Below are positions 11,321 to 22,914 of a stretch of DNA of 33,014 nucleotides, piece after piece. A program made the translations under genes and the position numbers. Below the pieces are notes generated by a model. That model saw only the letters and a program-made list of their open reading frames with translations. It was not told the DNA's origin and ran no database searches. Position 1 is the stretch's first letter; every line of letters begins with the position of its first letter. This stretch comes from Hyphochytrium catenoides (Eukaryota; Protista; Hyphochytriomycota): positions 1 through 33,014 of the forward strand of contig FLMG01001247.1 of NCBI GenBank assembly GCA_900088475.1, written 5' to 3'.

Positions 11321-14300
11321 ATGGCTAAGTTCTTCGTCTCTTGCTTAGCCTTCTTGGGCATTGCCAGCCAGCTCTTCTATGCCCACGCTGTGGACAGAAG
11401 CAAGTTTAGAACGTGTGCGGAGGCGTCATTCTGCAGGAGGCACCGCGGCCACACGGGGGAGAAGGTAGACCTAATAATTGGTAATTGGGAGCAAACCCAA
11501 GGCTGATACTAGTGCGGCTTTGCTTCGAATTTTCTTGCTCTTCAGTATATTGTCAAGGCAGACACGGTCAAGGAAGGCAATGGTCTTGTGACCGCGGAGG
11601 TGGCGAATGAGCATGCTATCACCTTCTTGCTGGAGATCTACCTCTACGACAATCAAGTTGCAAGAGCTAAGATCAAGGAAAAGAACCCCATCCGCAGGCG
11701 CTGGGAGGTAACCTGTGGTCTTGCTATCCTTTCTTGAAGCATTATGTCTAATGGAAGCAATATTTAGGCTCCAGATGTCCTGCTCCCAGATAATCTGAAG
11801 CCCAGTACCTTTAGACTCCTTCAAGGCAATGATATGAGTCTTCCATCTGGCCTTCGTGCCGGAAGTTATGATCGCGTTATCCTCTACGAGGAGAACTCAG
11901 CTGCCAAGCCGGCTGTTGCCATGAAGGTGTGTTGTTCAGACGCTTTGACCCGCTTCAAAAACGCTTCAAAAGGAGACTAAAACGCGTTGACCGCCACTTT
12001 GCATCCACTTCCCGTAGTTCAATCCATTCCGCCTCGACTACTTTGTCAATGGAGAGCTAGGGGTAACGACAAATGCCAGGTGCCGTGCCGAGGTTACGCT
12101 TCTCTGTTCCCATTTGCTATTCTAACCGCAGTGCCTGTCCTCATAGGAACATGTTCTACTTTGAACATTATCGGGAAAGGAGCAAGGTTGCAGCAGAAAA
12201 GGATGCCGCTGAGGACAAACTTGTAGAAAACAAGGGAGCACTGCCTGAGAAGGAGATTGTAGATTATGGGGAGGATGGAAAGGCAATATATGCCGATGGT
12301 ACCGTTGAGTCCCCTACTAAGGTTAGCCAAGTGCACTCATTTTATATAAGGACAGTGATCAAGTCTAACCAGACCTGTGCTTCAGGAAGAATCGATTGGC
12401 ACTGTCATAGATGAGGAGTCAGGGGTTTGGGAAGAAAACTTTGGCGGCCATGCGGTGAGTCCATGCCTCATCTCTATGTTTGGATCTTTTGTCTTCTTCA
12501 CCTCAGAAGTACTTTTTTGGCCCATTCTACGGTCCTTATATCGTCTCCCTTTTCACAGGACTCGAAGCCCTACGGCCCTGCTTCTGTGGGCGTTGACATC
12601 GACTTCCCTTCTTCCTCACACCTCTACGGCATTCCCGAGCACGCCGAGCGCATGTATGATTTTGAGTGTCGGCAGTTCTGCTTTAGTGAAAGTTCATGGA
12701 GTACCCTCATATGGAGATAATAGGACAGAATCGATTCAACTCTTGTGCTGACTTACAGGGCTCTGAAGACGACGACTGGAGAAGGGGCTGAGTATGAGGA
12801 GCCGTATCGGATGTACAATTTAGATGTTTTCGAGTACGAGCTGTATGTTCCTATGGCGTTGTACGGTGAGGCTCCCAGCCCGTTGTGGTGGTTATTAATT
12901 GAGCACAGCACAAAGTGTCCGAATGCTCAACTGCCCTTTTCATCAACTCTCAATACTGGCTAGGCGCGATCCCATTCATGTTGGGCCACTCTACCAAGAG
13001 GACGCTGGGTATCTTCTGGCTAAATCCTACGGATACTTACGTGGACATCAGTCGCAGCGTTGAAGGGGGCATGCAGTCACAATGGGTCAGCGAGAGCGGC
13101 ATATTTGACTTGTTCTATGTCCCCGGACCAAGACCTGAAGGTAGGCCTTGGAGAGTCTTGGTATAATTGGACCGAGGTGGTGCTCTATCATATTTTCGTG
13201 TCAGGTGACTGACTGAGTATCTTGGGGTCCAGATGTTTTCAGGCAGTATTCAAGCTTGACGGGCACCACTCCTGTCCCTCCTATCTTCTCCCTGGGATAT
13301 CACCAGTGCCGATGGAATTACAAGGACGAGAAGGATGTAGCACAGGTTAGAGTCTGCTCTCATTCAGCTCTTGCCGAGTCGTTTTTTCTCTATCGCGTCC
13401 GCTTATTGATAATATCTGTTGTCCACCTTTACTGGCTGTTTAGGTCAATCAAGGCTTTGAAGATCATAATATTCCATATGATGTGCTCTGGCTAGACATT
13501 GAGCACACTGATGGCAAGCGCTACTACACATGGGACAACCACCTTTTCCCTCACCCGGTCAGTAATTAAGTTAGTTAGGAACCTGAGACTTTGATGTCCG
13601 GGGGCACTAGTTAGCGAGACGATGCTTGTAGTATTGAGTGCGAGCCACGGAAGGCAGCAAGACTTGGTGTTAAAGACCGGCAACAACCTTAAGTCTAAGG
13701 GTTCGGGGTTAAAGTAAGCGAATAGGCTAAGGAATGAGGACCAAACACATCTCGCTGACGACTGGCACGTCTACCAGGAGCAAATGCAACGAAACCTTTC
13801 GGAGTTAGGGCGAAAGATGGTTACAATTGTGGACCCTCATATCAAGAGAGACGATAACTACTATGTACACAAGGAAGCTACGCAGTTAGGCTTATACATC
13901 AAAGACAAGGATGGAAAAGACTTTGATGGTTAGTTTTAGTATTTTTGGGCCAAATGTCCCATGAAATCTCTTAGCCATCTTGGTCTCATTAGTTCTTATT
14001 GATCCCTCTCCTTCTCCCTCATTAGCCTCCTTGCAATGTCCCTCATCTCTATATTCAACGTTTTGTCTCCTAAACACTACTGCGCATAGTCTTTTATAAC
14101 CCTTTTCGGCCTGCCGATCAGGATTCTCTAAATTGTACGCCTACAGGTTGGTGCTGGCCTGGTTCTTCGTCTTATCTAGACTTCACGAGCGCCGAGGTGC
14201 GCCAATGGTGGTCAAAGCAGTTTGGCTACGACAAATACAAGGTAGGGAGCAGGCGCAGGGCCCTGCGTGTGTTACGCTCCAGAGTACAATCTGAAGCATG

Positions 14301-16697
14301 GAGTGAAAGGCTGCCAAGGGAATGAGCGCCATAGACTGCGACACTAACATTTTTTTTCAGGGAAGCACACCGTCACTATATACATGGAACGACATGAACG
14401 AACCCTCGGTTTTCAATGGACCAGAGGTTTCTATGCCCCGAGACTGCAAGGTACCAAGCCATCCTCGCATCTGGTTCCGTTTATGGGCTGTTTGGCTACA
14501 TCTGCTATTGATAGGCTTTCCAACCCTATTCACCGCTTGCCTTGCTGCCTAATCCGCTAATTCTCGGCTGTCCCCCTACTCCTGTCTCTCAGAACCGTGA
14601 GGGGGTGGAGCATCGCGACTGGCACAATCTTTACGGACACTACATGCACCGCGCTACCAGTGAGGGTCTCGTCATGAGAAATGCGGATAAAGACACCCGG
14701 CCGTTCGTCCTGTCCCGCTCTTTCTTTGCTGGATCGCAGCGCTTTGGCGCCATCTGGACAGGTACCCCCTAGAGCAACATAGAGATGCTAGTACACACGA
14801 GTTCTGGCTCTGAGAGAAGAGAGACACACAAAAGCTGTGGGCTGGTAAAGAAAAGAAAATTTTACATGGCACAAGGCTTTCGGCAGTCGATGATGCCATC
14901 AACGCTAATCGAAGTTTTCTCAGGCGATAACGAAGCCAAATGGGATCACTTAGAGGTAGCAGCCCCGATGCTTCTCTCTATGAATATAGCTGGCTTGCCC
15001 TTCATTGGCGCTGACGTTGGGGGCTTCTTTGGCAATCCTAACACAGAGTTACTTGTGCGATGGTATCAGGTATGTAGGATGTGCTCAGAAACGTGATTTG
15101 GCCGAGAGGATAGGTGGAGAGCTGTCCCTAGGGATGGAGAAATAGCCTGATGCTGAACGGTGCCTGTTACGTTGTAATGTCCCTTTAACAGGCTGGAGCC
15201 TACCAACCCTTCTTCAGAGGACACGCACATCATGATGCGAAACGCCGCGAGCCGTGGCTGTTTGGGGAGCCCACCACGTCGCAGATTCGCAAAGCAATTC
15301 TGGCCCGCTATGCACTGCTTCCCTACTGGTTAGTGTGAACGCAAAATTGTTTCTTCTGGCACTTCTGCGTTACATAAGCCTACATGTCTGCATACTTCAT
15401 CTACTACCTCGTCGTAGTACCCCTGTCTCAGCCATGGACCTGCCATCACTGCCCTTGTGGTACCCTGCTCACTGACAGCGGCTATCCCAGTCTTTACATT
15501 ATGTTTCCACCATTTGACACGCCTCCATTCTCTTTGTCTCCCTCAGGTATACCCTGTTCGCTAATCATGAGAAGACTGGGATGCCTGTTATGCGTCCTCT
15601 CTGGGTGCATTATCCTGAAGAGAAGGAGACATTAGACTTAGATGACCAGTGGCTAGTAGGTCGTGATTTGCTGGTCAAGCCCGTTACCAAAGAGGGCGTC
15701 AAAGAAGCTGAAATTTACCTTCCGGGAGGGGCAAGGGAGCTCTGGTAAGACGTCTGTACCGCTTAGTCACCTCCTTCCTTTCCTATAGTTTTTTACTTAG
15801 GAAAAGGTTATGTTCCCTCCTGGCTTGAGCTTTCAATAACCTCCTCCTTCGGATGCCATAACCGCTTTCCCGCCGTTGCCAAGGTATGACGCTGAGACGA
15901 TGGACGTCTTGGAGGGTGGAAGAAGAGTGACAGTGGCGGCGGCCCTAGAGCACATCCCAGTCTTTCAGAGAGGAGGTAGCATCATCGCTCGAAAGCAAAG
16001 GGTTAGGAGGAGCACCAAGCAGATGTTTGGAGACCCGTACACCCTCTGGGTTGCACTCGACGGAAAGAAAGAGGTAATGCACATATCAACGGCAAATATG
16101 TCTTGCTCGGCAACCACCTGACCTGGGACGCCTTGTTCCTTATCACTGACAATCTAACCCTATCCTAAATCGATCCTCGCTTACGTTGACGATGTATCTG
16201 TAGGCTGAGGGAGAGCTCTACCTTGATGACGAGCAGAGCTTCAAGTACCAGCAAGGAGAGTTTAGACGACGTAAGCTCTCTTTTGTAGACAACAAACTGC
16301 AATCCTCTCGTTTGGATGGCGGGAAGAAGTTTGCCCCTGATAATCTGATCGAACGAGTAATTATTGGAGGACTCGGACGGGCACCGAGCAAGGTCATCAA
16401 CAGCGACAACATTGGTCTGGATGCAGAGTACTTGGTGGGTCATAGTTTCTGCCGTCACACTTCGCTTTCTTCTCCTTCCTGGTGATTCCCACTTGTTCTC
16501 CACCCCACGATCTAGTTCATGTAAAATCCACGCGTTTCCACCGTCTGCTGGCCCCATTCAGACCTGCCTCCATCATAACCGAATGCTGTCAATTGGCGCC
16601 CTTCTCACCCTAACAGGTGGAGAGCGATGCCCTCATTATTCGCAAGCCCTTGATCAAGGCAGCCTACGACTGGACAATTACTCTTCACTTCAATTGA
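11321..16697 (+). CDS. GANAB: Glucosidase II alpha subunit (GH31)
   Basis: I traced 21 exons and 20 GT-AG introns in frame. A signal peptide is followed by VDRSKFRTC...[30 protein letters not shown], catalytic [23 protein letters not shown] and FFRGHAH. Ends DWTITLHFN-stop. Confidence 0.97.
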
Positions 16698-16831
16698 TCT
16701 GATAGAGCCAGTGTGACTTGTCGATGCAGGCAACCAGAAGGCAGGCGAAGAAAATGGTAGCCCTCCTCTTAGACTTTACCTAAGCTACAATGAATAATCA
16801 AACCTAGAGAAGTACCTCTTCTTTCACTTAT

Positions 16832-17335
16832 CTAAGATGCATGGGGGTTACGTAGAACTAGAATCACTGAATCTCCGCGTAAGAACATTTTGCTGATGAG
16901 TCTGTCCTTATTGACAGGTTTGGCCTTCTTTCCTTTGCCAGACTTTGGCACTTCGGTCCACATCTCTTTTACATTCTCAAGTACCCTGCAGCCACGAGGA
17001 GTTACCACGTTAGTTTTAAGTTTAGAGGGTATACCAGCAAAGGAAAGCATGACATACATGTTCATATGCCTATCAAAGGCCTTCACACGTGCTAACAGCT
17101 TGTGGTTGTTTCTAACATTGATAAGAACCTGAGAGTTATTCTTGACGCTTTGCATAAGAACAGACAGTGGTCCTGTGGAGAAGTCCTCCTCATCTTTTTG
17201 CTCCCGCTTATCATTTGTCCTGTCGTCACCAGAAACCTTTGGTTAGCAAGTCCCATGTAGCTGATCTTGAACCTAGAACACAGAACTCTGTAACTCCTAG
17301 CTCTCATGATACTTTAGAGGCACTTACGAGGCCAT
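16832..17335 (-). CDS. SNRPD2: Small nuclear ribonucleoprotein Sm D2
   Basis: Three exons, the first an 8-nt coding exon ATGGCCTC. Product contains [51 protein letters not shown]...[15 protein letters not shown]. Confidence 0.97.
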
Positions 17336-18069
17336 CTTTTATGCTTGAAAGGTGTCAGACTCTAAGATGACCTTCCGAACGATGCACTTGTTTTGTTCTC
17401 CCTCTATGCAGGTATCTGTCGTACAGGAGCTCCGAGAAGTGCTGCAGAATCTCCAAAACTGTCTGTAAAGCTCCAGATTAAAATCTGGAAATCTGCGGTG
17501 GAAGGTGGCGATCCACTTACACAGCTCCAGGAGAAGGTCTGGAATGGGTGAATATACAGCCTGAATTTACTGTTGTTGTAGTCGTTGTACAAGTACAGGT
17601 AGCGGCATCTACATAAATGGCTAAGGGTTACTTATTCTTATGAGAACGACGAACTCTTCCAAAGGACGAGGTAGCGTTGAACAAGTATTATATCTACCTG
17701 TATTTCTATACTTGCTCAGGAATTTGGTATTTACTTGAGGGTGTTGCTGATCTGAGTAGAAATAAAACAGTAGAGCTACTTGCACACACATAGTTCTATT
17801 AGTTCTACTGTTGCCCCTTCTTCACTTCCCAAATCATAGAGTTCAGCCTCCCAATTCGATTACTTGGGGAACAATCAGCAGCACAATGAGAAGCGACTGG
17901 TAGTTCTATTGGTGCTGCTCCTCCCTGCAAGCATCAAGCATCATCGCTGATATTATTGATGGATGATGAAACTGCATAAGGCCTTACTGTGCAGAGGTGG
18001 TTTAGTGTGCTTGTCATAATAGTCTCACGGGTAGTAAAGTTCCAATTATTGCTGGAGGCACCATGGTGG

Positions 18070-19050
18070 TGTTGAGATCAATTACTAGTCCACGAGAAGC
18101 GGCAGCCATCACCACGGTGGTCATCTCTGCGGCGCAGCAACAGCACGAGGAGGCAGCAGCATCGTCTGTTTGCTGGTATTCTCATAGTAGCAGCAAGTGC
18201 CCTGTTATATGTCAATGGGTTTAGCTTAGCCTTCGCTTCGGCTGGCCAGGCCTTAGCTTCCACACAAAGCTTCGAAGAGGAAGACTCTAAGGCGATTCTA
18301 ACGAATTTCTTCTTAGTTCAAACTTTATTTTTCGCTCATTAACATTGTTGGCAACGACAAATCGATCTCAGAGCAAAACGCAGAGAGGAGAAGAGGGAAG
18401 GGGATGCGGTGAGAGCGTCCTCCTTCGTAGTAGTAGCGCTATTCTAAGTCAATTCCCCTTGGCCCAGAAGACTCGGATACCGATCCTCGTCGGCTACTGC
18501 CCCCGGACTGTGTGCTAGTTGTACGTAGCTTGCTATTTGCGCCACGTGAACTGGCGTTCTCTTTTCTGTTGTGTAAGCTGGCGACCTTCGTTGCGTTATT
18601 ATCGTTCTAAGACAAATGTTCCCCTCTGGTACAATTACACGTCGAACAACTTTTCTAAACACCATTTTTTATTCAACGCAGATTGCAGGCAGTAGCAAGA
18701 ATGTGCCGGTTGCCCGCACCGCTCGGCTGACTCGAGAGAAGAAGAAGGAGACGAAGTGGGATAGACCAATGTCATCACACGCAGCAGCAGTTCCGTCTAG
18801 ACAAGCAAACAAGTGCATCAGCACGGTCCACAACTTCTGTTGGTCGACTATATCAGCGACTCGGGGCCCATCGACTTCTTGTCTGCAGGACAACGAGGAT
18901 GGAGGCGATCATCATCTCAGAGCTGGTTGTGTGAAGAGCTGCTTCTTCTTCTGGTGATGGCCACAGGAGAAAAGGCGCTACTCATGCTGTCCCAAACAAA
19001 CAAGCACCCACTCATGCTTAGTCTTTCTCAAAAATGGTTATTCTGACCCT
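18070..19050 (+). pseudogene. Decayed membrane-protein-like frames
   Basis: Fragments such as HRLFAGILIVAASALLYVNGFSLAFASA and LLFAPRELAFSFLLCKLATFVALL lie in shifting plus-strand frames with stops. Confidence 0.22.
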
Positions 19051-19116
19051 TCGCGGAGAATTATTGGAGATGGCTACGGCGACGTCGTTCTTAACGACAC
19101 ACTTTCGTCATTGCTC

Positions 19117-21060
19117 TTAGCCATTACTACCGAGTTCTAATAAGCCGGGCGGTGAAGTGAAAGTCTGAATATGGTGCTTCCTTTCTAGTAAATAGGAGTG
19201 AGTGCCCTTCATATCAATAGCTACTACCTTTCCATCATCATTTTGTCCTTGCGCCTCCCAGAACTCGTAAGGAGATTGGGACGCCGCCTCGCGATCAAAG
19301 TAGAAAAGGTAGCGCGCTGTTATTCTATCGGGAGGTCCGATGATTGATCTATCCACCACGAAGAGGACTGCATAGTAGATGACACAGAGTGCTTAGCTAC
19401 TCTTTGATATATCTTTTTTTGTGGATCTCAAACGTAATAGACCTAATGAAAGGAGCTGAGTGGAGGTATGATGGTGGCCGAGCTGCTCACCGGTTAGTTG
19501 CTACAGGGTCGGCGAGGGAAGCAAGAAGGGCCTTCTTATTAGTTATTCCAGTGGCAGTTGGTGGGTGGTGCACTTTATCGAGGACTAAGTGGACCGGAGA
19601 GAACCCCCATACAATAGAAGAATGAGAAGTGGGTGTAACCGATGCTGCTAGCGAAGATGGTGGTGGTGAAGCCAACAACTAGTAGAACCTTAGTAGCAGT
19701 ACCTGGAAGTGACAGATAGCCCTGTGGTATGCCTTAATTGATCATCATTGGTGGTTGGGAGATGCCTACTACGCTGAGGACGCTTTGTCCGTTCCACCCC
19801 CCACCATAGTAGTATTAGAAAGAAACCTCCTATTATTATTCTTCATCGTCTTTTCTATCTTCCTCAGGGTGGCAGAACAAGAAGAGTCATCCATACCATT
19901 GTTTCAAGGCGGCCAGAGCTTAAATTTCCCCACGGTTGTCGTGGCCACTTCTTCATCATGTAATCATCAATCATATTAATATAACAACACTGGGGGAGAT
20001 AACAACGGCCACGACACGCATGAGGCAAGAAGTAAGGGGTGTCCTAGAAAAGAGCACATGCCCTAGTGAAAGGCTCAACAAACGACAAAAGGACGGAGAA
20101 GAGCGATACGTGGAGAAAAGAGAAATCAGATACGGGACGCCGCCGAGCCTGCTGGTGCATCATATAGAGCCCAGCATAGAGCATGATATCCAACTCCATC
20201 ACCACAGCCTCGGCTATGAGCAGGACCAGTGGCGGGGCAATGGCCAGACTCCCCACGGGGGCGGTATCAATGAACCTTCCTGGAGACTTCACTACCCATA
20301 CGGCCATCAATCAAAAAAATAGATGGTCTGTCGACTCTTAAGATAACAACAGCAGTCATGCTTCATGCGCTATTACTAATAACCCTTATTATCCCAAACT
20401 ATCTTCCTATCAAGTAGCACTTGTAGCGACGCCATACAGGTGGCCGATGCCAAATCGAACAATTATGAACTTATAAGATCTGATAATTGAGCTCTTTCGT
20501 TTGTGTTGATTATTATGAGGCCGGGGAGTTGTTGAAGTCCTTGTTCGGCCGCCCTTCTGGATGTGACGACTGAGTGAGTAACAACTCCATTCTTGATGGT
20601 CCCTTTCAACAGAAAGAAACGAAATAGTTTTCTTCTTGGTGGAGGAAAGATGTTGGTGCCATCATCATCATCATCTTCCCGAAGACCCTTAAGTCAATCA
20701 TCGTTGTTGTTACGGTGGTTGGGCGGATGGCCACTAGCGAGGACCCTACAGCGGGAGAGCACACAAATTTATCTTATCACAACAAGCCATATGAACTCCT
20801 GGTACCGCTGAAGATAATTCTCTATTAGCATCTTCGAAAAACCATAACAGTATCTTCACAATAGTGAGATTTGTTGAGTGATGATATCCTTTTTTTGGAC
20901 ATGACGCCTTGTGATGATAATCATACTCCTCATTAACAAGAAGAGGAAAAGCAAGAGTATTCGCAACAAGAAGGCGTATGAAGTAGCGACGCTAAGGAGC
21001 AAGACAATGGTGGAGTCTCATGATCATTATTATCAGTTGTTAGAGATGTAGTAAAGAGAA
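19117..21060 (-). pseudogene. Decayed multi-pass membrane-protein-like frames
   Basis: Minus-strand fragments TIVLLLSVATSYAFLLRILLLFLFLLM, SLAIAPPLVLLIAEAVVMELDIMLYAGLY, FSFLHVSLFSVLLSF and TKVLLVVGFTTTIFASSIGYTHFSFFYCMG are broken by stops, frameshifts and trinucleotide runs. Confidence 0.28.
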
Positions 21061-21399
21061 GAACCAGAAAGCTTTATTATCATCCTGCTTTCCTGGAGGA
21101 TCCTCCTGCTGCCATCCCGCTAAAAAAGAAGATGAGACGCTAGTATTCACCACCCTCATCATCTTACGTCTTATCGACCACCCACCCCGAACTCCTGGCC
21201 GGTGTTACTTACCTCTTCTTCCTCACTCTTGAATGAAGTTCTGAGGAAGGGAGAACAAGCGACCAGAGCTTTCAAACAACAACAAGGATCCCAACTACAA
21301 GCGAGGCGAGGAACGTGTCCCACCCAGCCCACGGCAAGCGGCGGCGACTGGCGGCCGCTCGTTTATAACTGAGTTCTATGGAAAAAGTAGTAATAGCGT

Positions 21400-21657
21400 T
21401 TGTGTTGTATTTATGTACCCACAAAGACCGTTGAAACGGTACAGGAGTATACCCCTCCATCCAGATTACTAATAAATGCAAGGAAACCTATCAGCAAAGC
21501 TTACCATGCCGTTACCAATATTTCCAGTTCTCGACGGTGTGCTGTATGGGGGAAACCCGCGTCAACTTTTAGAAGCTTTCAAAAGTGCAGTGGAAACCTT
21601 TGTTATTGTGCTATTCAAAATACCATCCTGAATAGAGGTCACATCACCTGTAGTTGA
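21400..21657 (+). pseudogene. Possible degenerate MYND-type zinc-finger fragment
   Basis: RRCAVWGKPASTFRSFQKCSGNLCYC...GHITC resembles the MYND pattern C-x2-C...C-x2-C...YC...H-x3-C, with several ligands lost. Confidence 0.25.
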
Positions 21658-22079
21658 TTGTAGTAGTAAGTAGCCCTTATTTTCTAGTTGTACATAATAT
21701 TCGGAGGTAATAATACGCATTGAAGCGGCCCCCCTCACTCTTGCCTTGGTTTTATCACTACCTTCTCCCACCCACTCCTATACTGATATCCCTCCCAGGA
21801 AAATATGAAGGCAGACATTTATTTGGTAGAACACACACAAGTAGACAGAGGTGGAAAAGACTTTTCCCCAACTAGCCCCACTTTGCTATCTCATACACTT
21901 GCATGACGTATCTCGTATCCCCAATTATGCTTATCTCAAAGTTCAGATACTTTGTGGTGTTGAACCATTCATGGCCTCCTCTTTCTCCCCATATGATCTC
22001 TCGCATTTTCTATTTTCTCGCTCTGTCTGGTGTGCCTTACTCAAGTTTCCTGCTTCCGCCACTTTCAAGTTTTGTCTGA

Positions 22080-22117
22080 GCAGCAGCGAGCAAGAGCAGC
22101 AGCAACAGCAGCAGCAG
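22080..22117 (+). repeat. Imperfect CAG/CAA trinucleotide run
   Basis: gcagcagcgagcaagagcagcagcaacagcagcagcag. Confidence 0.8.
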
Positions 22118-22914
22118 GGAAAGCAAGAGGTCAGGCTCCACTCCTCAGATCAGCAGCTCACTCTGTCTGTCTGTCCACCCAATCCCTGCTCTCGCCCTAC
22201 TGTTGTCTGCTTTTCACCTGCATCGCCAGGAAATCAGGGACAAACGACAGAAGAAGTTGGCTCCTTTCACTCTTTTCTTACTTGTCAAATAGCCCAAGTC
22301 TGAGGCTCACTCCACACTAGTAATTCACCGTCTTCTTCTTCTTCTGTGTTGCTCTTTCAACGTGCATGGCCTTTCTTTGCCAAGGTTGAACAGAGTGCGG
22401 TTTCTCCTCTTCCTGACGCTTAGCCTTCCTCTATTCATTAGGGAACAGTGGCGGTAGTAGGTTCCATAGGGGTGGACGGTAGCCATCATCTTGCGTCTGA
22501 AGGTCTTTTCATCCTTAGCAGAGCAATTTCTTGGTGCTTCGACTGTTAACCAGGTGCATATACTCCTCTTTCCAAGCGTCAACTTTGCGAAAGTAAGTGC
22601 TGCTTGGAGCTCGATTAGTACTAATAAGAGGGGACACAAGTGTCAGCCGCGCCCCATCTCTCCTATTCTGGCCCCGATAATGTCGATGTTCGTCACTGAC
22701 CATATTGTTTCTGCTACTGCTGCTGGTGCACCTCACACACTTCACTCTAGGGGCAACTAAAAAGGCCCTCCTCTTAACCATCAGCTGGACAATGCTACTG
22801 GACAACCGGGTGTCGGTGTCCTAGCAGTGAGGGTGTTTGTCATGGTTGCTGTCTGCCTGCTGATCAAGGGGAAAGATAATCTCTATTTAGACCGTGGTGG
22901 GTAGACAGAAGAAA

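Noticed and set aside
11321-16697. Non-canonical or repeated (introner-like) introns in the 20-intron GANAB gene
   Set aside because: All traced introns are GT-AG, and I saw no sequence shared between them.
4286-17610. TACTTG / CAAGTA clusters as terminal inverted repeats of a large transposon
   Set aside because: Similarity is limited to the short motif. There is no extended TIR, target-site duplication or transposase, and the enclosed genes are housekeeping.
21851-22805. PolyQ ORF and neighbouring short ORFs as genes
   Set aside because: No recognisable domain. More likely promoter or 5' leader sequence of the BAH gene.
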